Positions 55,113 through 64,000 of a DNA stretch of 64,000 bases are shown piece by piece. The notes beneath the pieces are model-generated. The model did no database searches and was not told where the DNA came from. It was given only the letters and a program-made list of their open reading frames with translations. Source of the stretch: Eledone cirrhosa (taxonomy: Eukaryota); assembly GCA_964016885.1 (NCBI GenBank), contig OZ024745.1:100750001-100814000 (forward strand), written 5' to 3'. Position numbers and translations under genes: made by a program. The first letter of the stretch is position 1; each line of letters opens with the position of its first letter.

Positions 55113-55655
55113 ATATTGTTATACTTTGGGAGGGTCATGTTGCCAATAAGAAACACACGCACCAGTTGCTTTCACTCCAATTTATTATAAATTAAATTTA
55201 TAAATTTAAGAAATTTGTAAATTTCCGGTTGGTTGGTTGGTTCCACAACCGGACGGTTGTTCATATATTGTCGAAGTTCTTTCGTCACACATTCTGTGAC
55301 CTCTTCAGTGACTTGGGATTCTTTTCTTTGTTTTGTGCCTCTCCTTTGTTCTGTCCTACGCCATCTTGTTTTTTAAAAAAAAATTGGGATGACAGGAAAA
55401 ATCAAGATGGCGTAGGACAGAACAAAGGAGAGGCACAAAACAAAGAAAAGAAACCCCAGTCACTGAAGAGGTCACAGAATGTTTGACGAAAGAACTTTGA
55501 CAATATATGAACAACCGTCCGGTTGAGGAACCAACCAACCGGAAATTTACAAATTTCTTAAATTTATAAATTTAATTTATAATAAATTGGAGTGAAATCA
55601 ACTGGTGCGTGTGTTTCTTATTGGCACACATGACCCTCCCAAAGTATAACAATAT
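55113..55655. mobile_element. Fold-back element, about 260-bp arms, with a hammerhead in each arm (55270-55312 -, 55459-55501 +), next to (TA)n
   Basis: gtca-CTGAAGA-g-gtcaca(gaatg)tgtgac-GAA-AG(aa)CT-T^tgac (consensus of the two arms). Confidence 0.75.
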
Positions 55656-55663
55656 ATATATAT

Positions 55664-55694
<31 letters not shown>

Positions 55695-55739
55695 ATGTGT
55701 GTGTATATATATATCTACATATCTATCTATATATATGTA

Positions 55740-55991
55740 TAGTATAAACAAAGTTTCATACACATGTATGTGGTCCGACAATTGGTTTTGGGGTCCAGTT
55801 ATGGCCACCACTGTATAGTGGAGGAAGCTCTTCCAAACTGGCTCCTCATTGGCCACTGGGATTTTTGCCCGAATGCCCGGTAAGGGGCCAGCTTGGAAAG
55901 GCTTCCTCCTTTATACAGTGGTGGCCATAACTGGACCCCGAAGCCAATGGTCGCATATACATATTAAGGGTATGAAACTTTGTTTTTACTA
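55740..55991. mobile_element. Imperfect palindromic MITE-like element (about 250 bp)
   Basis: tagtataaacaaagtttcatac / gtatgaaactttgtttttacta; inner ggggtccagttatggccaccactgtata / tatacagtggtggccataactggacccc. Confidence 0.75.
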
Positions 55992-56191
55992 AATAAGATC
56001 TCTTACAATAGATTAAGCATTGTTTTTTCCTTGACCTTTCATCTCCGGATATCCTATATATTAAAGTCTCAGCATTGACGCGAGGAATTTGGTATTCAAA
56101 ACTAGATCCTCTCAAACTCGTGTCGTCAGAAATTTCATAAAATATACAAAATATGTAATGTCAGTTAAAAACACATCCTTGTATATTATAT

Positions 56192-56412
56192 GTGGTGGCT
56201 GCCAACTCGTTTTCGAGTGCGGCCACTACTTTATATCCATGTAGGAGAAACCCTACCGATGCGCTGAACGAGTGTGACATTTTAGTCCAGCCAGCGACTT
56301 GAAAACTCTGGTACAAAGACTACACTTGTGACAATTACTGACACATAGTGCTGGGCCCATGATACCATGTGACGACAAGTGCAGAGAGATCTCCAGATAT
56401 AAAGCAATGCCT
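56192..56412 (-). mobile_element. RTE LINE extreme 3' end with zinc finger
   Basis: [23 protein letters not shown] followed by the 3' stem-loop. Confidence 0.75.
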
Positions 56413-56509
56413 GTGTTTATACTTATGTATATATATACACATATCTGTATATATATACATGTATATATGTACACATATATATACGTATATATATAAATAC
56501 ACACACACG

Positions 56510-56599
<90 letters not shown>

Positions 56600-57337
56600 T
56601 ACATATAAATACACATTAAATATATGTTTACATATATGTATTTATAGTAAAGTGTATTAAACATGTATGATTTTTGTTTAATGAAAGAGTAGCTGCTTGT
56701 CAGAATTGTAATGTAAATACAATTATACATACAAGGGACCCGGTCATACATAAACACATGCGTTGCTTTATATTTTTACTCCTACGTACGCCCACACTAT
56801 TAGTTCGACACTTCCACGCAGAGACAGAGAGGGGGTAGGTGGTATTTACATTCGAGCAGAAGAACCAGTACATAAAACAAATATGTATATTCTTCTATTC
56901 TTTTACTGGCTTCAATTATTGGACTGCGACCATGTTACAGCCACGCCTTCAGCTTATTTTTTTTTCAGTCGATTATATCATCCCACGTATTGTTCAGTAT
57001 TTTACTTCATATACACGTGTGTGTGTAGGCGCGCGTTTGAAGTTCTCTCTTCTCTGTATAGAATAAGATACACATATGATATTGGGTGAATATAGTTGCT
57101 TTCATATTTGTTGTTCTTAGGTAAGATTATTAGCAAAAGAGGCATCTAGCGGGCGGGGGAAATGCGCATTAAAACGACAGCTGTGAACGCATGAAACAAC
57201 TTCAGACTATTGCTAAACTCAGGTTCCGTGTTCATTTCTCGCAATAGATGTGAACAAGGAAGGAACATGAATATAGAAATTATTAGGCATTATGTAAAGA
57301 AAAACATTTGTTAATAACTAATATTATATTCATTTAT

Positions 57338-57945
57338 TGGCAGTATCGGTAGAGGGTCGGACGCCATGCTTTGACGCATAGAGTTACGGCCCTTTTCATT
57401 CTGAGTTCAAATCCCGCCGAGATCAACTTTGCCTTTCATCCTTACGGGGTCGATAAAATAAAGTACCAGTAATGTACTGGATAATTGCTGGCCTTGTGCC
57501 AAAGGTAGAAACAATTATATTCGTTTAGGCAGTATCGGTAACGGTTCGGACGCCATGCTTTTCAGCATAGAGTTACGGCCCTTTGCGGTCTGAGTTCAAA
57601 TCCCGCCGGGGTTTACAAATCCTGCGGAGTTTATAAAACAAAGTACCAATAACGTACTGGGGTCGATTTAATCGAGTTTCCCCTCCCCTAAATTACTGGC
57701 CTTGTACCTATACTAGAAATCATTATATTCATTCTCCTGCCGGTTGGTTTTTGTCCGTAAAATCTGTCCAGTATCGGTAGAGGGTCGGACGCCATGCTTT
57801 CCAGCATGGTTAGGTCCCTTTACGATCTGAGTTCAAATCCTGCCGAGGTTGACTTTGCTTTTCATCCTTACGGGGTCGATAAAATAAAGTACCAGTAATG
57901 CACTGGGTAATTGCTGGCCTTGTGCCTAAAGTAGAAACAATTATA
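57338..57945 (+). mobile_element. Three tandem Nin/Deu SINEs separated by the same short flank
   Basis: attatattc.tt(ta) at 57323, 57514, 57722 and 57940. Confidence 0.9.
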
Positions 57946-58254
57946 TTCATTTAAAGGCCATTTTTCGTTGATGAGGTGATAAGACTGAAACATATTTTGA
58001 GTTGTCTCCCGTACTTGCCCCCAAAACCAAAAATAATATTAGCTATTACTTTAATATTGCTTTTTTCTTACTTACTTCATAAATATCTCTAGTTAACTGT
58101 TTAATGCTCTCTGACTCTCAACATTGACTTAACTGTTCCAACACTAAGATTTATTCGTAATTGTTCCTTGTTTATCTCGCAAACATTAATGAAAAGAATA
58201 GTATGAACATATTTCAATAAATTAACAATACCACCCAAACAAGGTATTTGTATT

Positions 58255-58323
<69 letters not shown>

Positions 58324-58524
58324 TTCCGTCTTCTCTGCATATAATAAAATATACACACATGATATTGGGTGAATATAGTACTTTCCTTATTTGTTGTCCT
58401 TATAGGTAAGTAGGTAAGGTTATTAGCTAAATACGCAAGACAGGTAATATAAAGTTAATTTACATTCTCTATTAGCGTGTGTCGCTAATCTGAAAGACAA
58501 CAATGACTCTTTGTCTTTTAAATC

Positions 58525-58960
58525 TATCTTCTTCTTCTTCTTCTTCTTCGCCCACTTATTCCTGAGAGGGTCGTGGAGGCGGCGTCCTCAAACACTCCTT
58601 CCAGCGGGTCCTGTCAGGAGCAACCGTCTCCAACTGATCCAGCTAGATCCCCAAGCGAGACCAGTCAAGCCCATGGATGTTATCCAAATATCTTGTTCGG
58701 AGTCTACCCCTGGGTCTTCTGCCGGTTGGTTTTTGCCCCTAAAATCTGTCCAGTGATTCTTTTCTGAGACATGCTTACCACATACCCATAGTATCGGTGC
58801 TGTGATCTCCCAATTCTGAGATCTCCGAGCTACGCACTCTATCGAGTAATACCATTTCGGCCTTTTGTACTCGCGATATTTCGGTCATTACCCAAGATTC
58901 ATGATCATAAGTAAGGGTTGGCACGAATACCAAATTGAAGAGTTTGGTTTTCTGTCCATA
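58525..58960 (-). mobile_element. RTE LINE 3' fragment with (GAA)n tail
   Basis: KTKLFNLVFVPTLTYDHESWVMTE..RVQKAEM; (CTT)n on the plus strand. Confidence 0.85.
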
Positions 58961-59149
58961 CTGCAAAATAATTATATCTTTCTGCCCATACTGCTTTCTC
59001 TCCATACCTGCAAAATAATTATATTTTTCTGTCCATACCTGCAAAATAATTATATCTTTCTGTCCATACTGCTTTCTCTCCATACCTGCAAAATAATTAT
59101 ATTTTTCTCTCCAAAATACCAAAACACACATCTATTTGTACATGTTATG

Positions 59150-60222
59150 TAGAGATAGATGGGAGAGAGATATATAGATAGAGGGGGGGGGGGGTCGTGG
59201 TAATTGATATAGAGAGGAAGGTTGGGAGAGTGTGTTGTATATTAGATATAGAGAGGGAAGAGATTGATTTTTATTGATATAGAGAGGAGGATGTAAAAGA
59301 GTTCTCTGTAGTACACATTGGAAGAGAGTTCCGTGTAGTATATGTAGAGAGTGGGAGAGTTTGGTGTAAATTGATGTATAGAGGGGGATTGGAAGAGAGT
59401 TATGTGTTGTAGATATATAAAGGGGGAGTGTTTGGTGCAAATTGATATAGAGAGGGGGAGAGTTTGGTGTAAATTGATATAGAGACGGGGGTTGGAAGAG
59501 AGTTCCGTGGAGTAGATATAGCTAGAGGGAGAGTTTGGAGTTACTTGATATAGAGAGGGAGATTGGAAGAGAGTTCCGTGTAGTAGATATAGACAGGGGG
59601 AGAGTTTGTTGTTAATTGATATAGAGAGGGGTATTGGAAGAGAGTTTGTATGGTTGATGTAAAGAATGGGGGGGGGGGGGGGTAATGAATAGATTGAGAG
59701 GATTGATAGAGATAGGTATTGATAGATAGAGCGGGGGAGCATTTGGTAGTGATGGATAGAATGAGAGGAAATGAGAGAGAGAGTGTTGTATGGTAGATAT
59801 AGAGAGAGGGATAGTTTGGTGGTAATTGATATATAGAGGGGGATTGGAGAGAGTGTCGTATAGTAGATATAGAGAGGTGTAGATTTCAATGCTTGTAGCT
59901 ATAATGAGAGGGGTAGGAGAGATAAATGTTGCTAGATATAGAGAGAGGGATTGGGAGAGACAGTAACGTAAAAAAATATAGAGAGAGGGATTGGGAGATA
60001 CAATATCGTAAAATATATAGTGAGAGAGTTTGTGATGGATAGAGAGAGAACGATTACGAGAAAGTGTGGTAGAGATGGCGAGAGGGAGAGTTTGGAGATG
60101 ATTGATATAAAGAGGGGGATTGGGAGAATGTTTTGTATGTTAGATATAGAGAGGGAGAATTTGGTGGTTGTAGATATAGAGAAAGGATAATGGGAGAGTA
60201 CCGTGTAGTAGACATAGAAAGG
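59150..60222 (+). repeat. Degenerate purine-rich minisatellite (gatatagagaggg..gattggaagagagt.., period about 29/58 bp)
   Basis: Recurrent gatatagagaggg and agagtttggtg submotifs. Confidence 0.8.
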
Positions 60223-60567
60223 GTCCCAAATAATAGGTAGGTGAATAAGAGGAGGGGGAGGGGGGGCCTTGGGAAATCGTTCGTAAATATGGGATTTCTT
60301 GTAATATTCTTATTTTCCGTATATTTTTTTTAATGTAAAATAAAATAATTAGACCTGACAGTACGTGAAATATTGACGAACGTATGAATGAAAACTCAAT
60401 ACGAAGTAGAGTTTAAATATTCATTTATTATGACTAAGTGGTGAGTGTTGTTACTCTGGAGTTTAACTTGAGTACTTACTGAGGATCATCAGACATGACA
60501 GGTGATCTTGTGAGTGCGCAAGTGAAAGTTTAGTGTAACACTGCTCGCCAATAGCTATAATAAATCA

Positions 60568-60647
<80 letters not shown>

Positions 60648-60736
60648 GATAAACAGAAATAACAACAGAATCGGTACAGTGTATGGAATATATATAAACT
60701 GGTATTATAAACTGGTATTATACCCAATTTACTCAT

Positions 60737-60802
<66 letters not shown>

Positions 60803-61864
60803 TGATGAGTAAATTGGGTATAATACCAGTTTATTATCAAATGCGAAGAAGCTCGATATATTAACCCCTTAAGAAAGGGTACAGCGCATTACTTTTTTTA
60901 CATTATATATATGGGGAACTTGGGGAGGAGCAGTGGAACTTGGGGAGGAGCAGTGGAACCATGCCCCCCCCCCCCCCCCCAAACCACCACCAATAATTAT
61001 ATTTTCTCCCCAAACTACCAAGACACACATCTATTTGGATATGCGCTAATTTATGTATATGCTATGTTTATTGCATATCGAAGTTTTCTGACCATTTTAG
61101 AGTGCAAAGAGCTAAGCTAATCACTACAACTAAATTGTCCAAATTTGCACCACAACCCCCAATTCAGTCGTGCTTCCACCATCTTGATCAGGAAAGAATC
61201 GCTTGACAGATTTTATGGGCAAAACCAACCGGCAGGAGACCTAAGAGTAAACCCCCGAGTAAGTTGGTTGGATAACATCCATGAGATTGGCTGGTCTCGC
61301 TTGGGGATTCAGTCGGATCAATTAGAGAGAGTAGCTTCTGACATAACCCTCCCAGAAATAAGTGGGTGAAGACGAAGTAAATGAATAATTGAAATAGTCA
61401 CAGTGCTCATAGAAACTATATGTTTGTACTGCTGTAGTTCTTTCAATTCAGATATGTTTTCAGTGTTTACTATTCGCGGAAATATTCAGCCAAGATAAAC
61501 ATTAGTACGCCTTACTAATTCTTCGTTAGAAAACAAATATGCACACACGCGAATGCACTAATGCAATATTACACATATCTGCACATACAGATAGAAGTAA
61601 CGGATATAATGTACGTTGAAACGAACAGAGCCTGTTTTCTTTTTGTTAATAAGTAAGCATTACATGTATTTATTTGGGTGTATACATCTATGCGTTCGTC
61701 TTCGTAGATATACAATTGATAAAACATGCTAACAGACATAACATAAGCATATATCCATACACTCACACATACCTACATACCAAGGCTTGAGACATACATG
61801 TAAGTAATATCTCATATATCCGCTGAAACTTACATTTTATAAGACATCTACCCTGTTCCGATTA

Positions 61865-61962
61865 TGCCGAGGTTGACTTTGCCTTTCATCCTTACGGGGT
61901 CGATAAAATAAAGTACCAGTAATGCACTGGGTAATTGCTGGCCTTGTGCCTAAAGTAGAAAC

Positions 61963-61965
<3 letters not shown>
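61865..61965 (+). mobile_element. 5'-truncated Nin/Deu SINE
   Basis: Consensus match. Confidence 0.88.
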
Positions 61966-62005
<40 letters not shown>

Positions 62006-62008
<3 letters not shown>

Positions 62009-62892
62009 TCGTGTAGCACCCGTCCACCATCTGAGTGAGATTCTTGGTCAGTGTCCAAGTCTTAGACCCGTACAGCAGCACAAACTCCACTACAGCAACG
62101 AAGAGACGGATCTTCAGGTCTTTACGAAGGTCCGACTTCCACACCGATCTCAAGCTGTGGCACGCCGCCCAGGCTTTGCTCTTCCTCTCGACAACATCAT
62201 TTTCCGTATTGCCAATCTTTGCTCCCAAATACAGGAAGTCCTCAACCGATTCTAACAGCTTGCCGCCTACATTAGTAATCTTATCTGGCTTCTTAATATT
62301 CTCTACCAGATATTTCGTCTTAATCTCATTCATTCTCAGCCCCACACCCATCAACACAGTCTCCACCTCCTGAATCAAATCCTCTGCCTCCTTCACTGTG
62401 TTTGTCACCAAAACTATGTCGTCAGCAAATTCAGCATCCGATGTTTTTTCGCCTTAACTCTCCTGCTCTGAACCGGTGTTACAATAAAGCCTGAGTCCTG
62501 GTGTTTCTCCAGCGCAAAGCTATTACAATAATCCACTGCGATGATAAAAAGGTGGGGAGCCAATGTTGGGGATGGCTCTGAACATTAATCAGTATACACT
62601 GAGGATGAGAAACTCAGAGCTGTATGGGAGCCTCCTAAATGTCAGCTCAAAAGTGACACAGAGGAGACTGAGGTTAGCTGGACATGCTCACCGATATCCA
62701 GAGTTGATACTGCACTCAGTGCTCCTGTGGGAACCCCGACATGGACACACTGGAAGAGGAAGACCGAGGTTAACATATGTTGATACCATAAGGAGAAACA
62801 CTGGTCTCTTGGAGACGCAGGACATGGCAGCGATAATGAGGGACAGAGACCGCTAGAGAGAACTCGTCCATGGCTCTCGGGAATTTTACCCT

Positions 62893-62895
<3 letters not shown>
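62006..62895. mobile_element. 5'-inverted RTE/RTEX LINE insertion (62006-62561 minus, 62562-62895 plus) in (TA)n
   Basis: Minus strand LAPHLF..EFADDIVL..FLYLG..LLYGSKTW..DGCYTR continues on the plus strand as MLGMALNI..RRLRLAGH..GRGRPRLTY. Confidence 0.9.
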
Positions 62896-62954
<59 letters not shown>

Positions 62955-63717
62955 CTGTATATGGGTGTATGGGTGTTGGTGTGTAGATTCCGATGGAAAT
63001 CGGGGGTAACCACCGTAAATAAGGTTCTCAATACATAAGAAGAGCGAGAACATTTCTATATTAAATTTCGTTTTATATAACAGACCAATCAGCTTAATAA
63101 AGCATTACTCGAGGAACCAGACCCTTGTCGTATCTAACGGTAGATATTTCCTTTACATATCGTGATAGTTCGCTGTAAAATGTGATGAAGAAGTGCATCA
63201 TTATATTGTGTCATGATTAGACCGGAGAGCTAGCCCAAATGTTTCCAACAGTACGGATGCCTCTAAAGACACTCAAAATGGTGACGTTAAATTGGACGGC
63301 GGACGAAGCCTACCAACTTTATTTTTAGGATTACTAACCAATTCAAGCCTACTACACACATTAGATTAGATTGACTTCAAAAATTCAGGCCTACGACACA
63401 AATTAAGTCAGCTACTCTCTGAAAAGTAACGAGCTAATATGGATATTACACATACCGAAGAACAGAATAGTGAACCAACTAGACTTTAACTTCCAGTCCA
63501 GCTGTCAATCATATTTGGATAAGTCAACATAGATGATAAAAAAATAGTCCCATACTTTAATATTTTTTTTATGAAACTCACGCGAATTTCTTAAACTTGA
63601 CATTTAAATTTTACTTAAAAATGCGATTAAATTTAAATAAAAAAAAATACACAAGTTGCATTTTATATATTTGTTACAAAAACACCAATGCATTTTACAG
63701 ACGTATACATACACCAC

Positions 63718-63778
<61 letters not shown>

Positions 63779-63857
63779 AGTTATTCCGATTTGAATCGGA
63801 GGTAACCACAGTAAGTAAGGTACTCAATACATAGCAGAGTATAAAAGTTTTAATATT

Positions 63858-63910
63858 GAGATTCCTGAGGATTTCTCAAGAATGAAATAGTTCTCGTCCT
63901 GTAGAATCTC
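63858..63910 (+). ncRNA. Type I hammerhead ribozyme (family of 12120)
   Basis: gagattc-CTGAGGA-t-ttc(tcaa)gaa-t-GAA-ATAG(ttctcgtc)CTGT-A^gaatctc. Confidence 0.85.
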
Positions 63911-63950
63911 GTCCTGTAGAATCTCATATATATATATGTGTGCGTGTGTG

Positions 63951-64000
<50 letters not shown>

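Noticed and set aside
63135-63185. Minus-strand stem II plus GAAATATC hammerhead half
   Set aside because: No CTGANGA core or 5' stem I strand found.

Overview
AT-rich, repeat-saturated non-coding animal DNA, most likely from an octopod cephalopod (inferred from roughly 50 copies of a tRNA-derived SINE with a Nin/Deu-like central domain, dense (TA)n/(CA)n/(GA)n microsatellites and RTE-clade LINE debris). I could not support any intact host protein-coding gene. The long ORFs are microsatellite or satellite artefacts, and the only protein-like signal comes from decayed retrotransposons (RTE/RTEX, Tx1/L1-like, HERO-like RLE, and a Penelope-like GIY-YIG C-terminus). Also present are DNA-transposon MITEs, a non-autonomous Helitron whose empty site can be read from the sequence, and a 39-unit compound satellite. 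The main observation is about 20 type I hammerhead ribozyme motifs (intact or decayed) at about 15 loci, from many unrelated sequence families. Almost all sit in short non-coding elements embedded in (TA)n tracts, often with inverted and/or partially tandem architecture. This fits a diverse population of non-autonomous Penelope-like or retrozyme-like elements. Several carry non-canonical cores: a compensatory U3-A8 pair, a recurrent U10.1-U11.1 mismatch, an extra purine after A9, and palindromic stem III. All folds were read by eye, and no activity is demonstrated.
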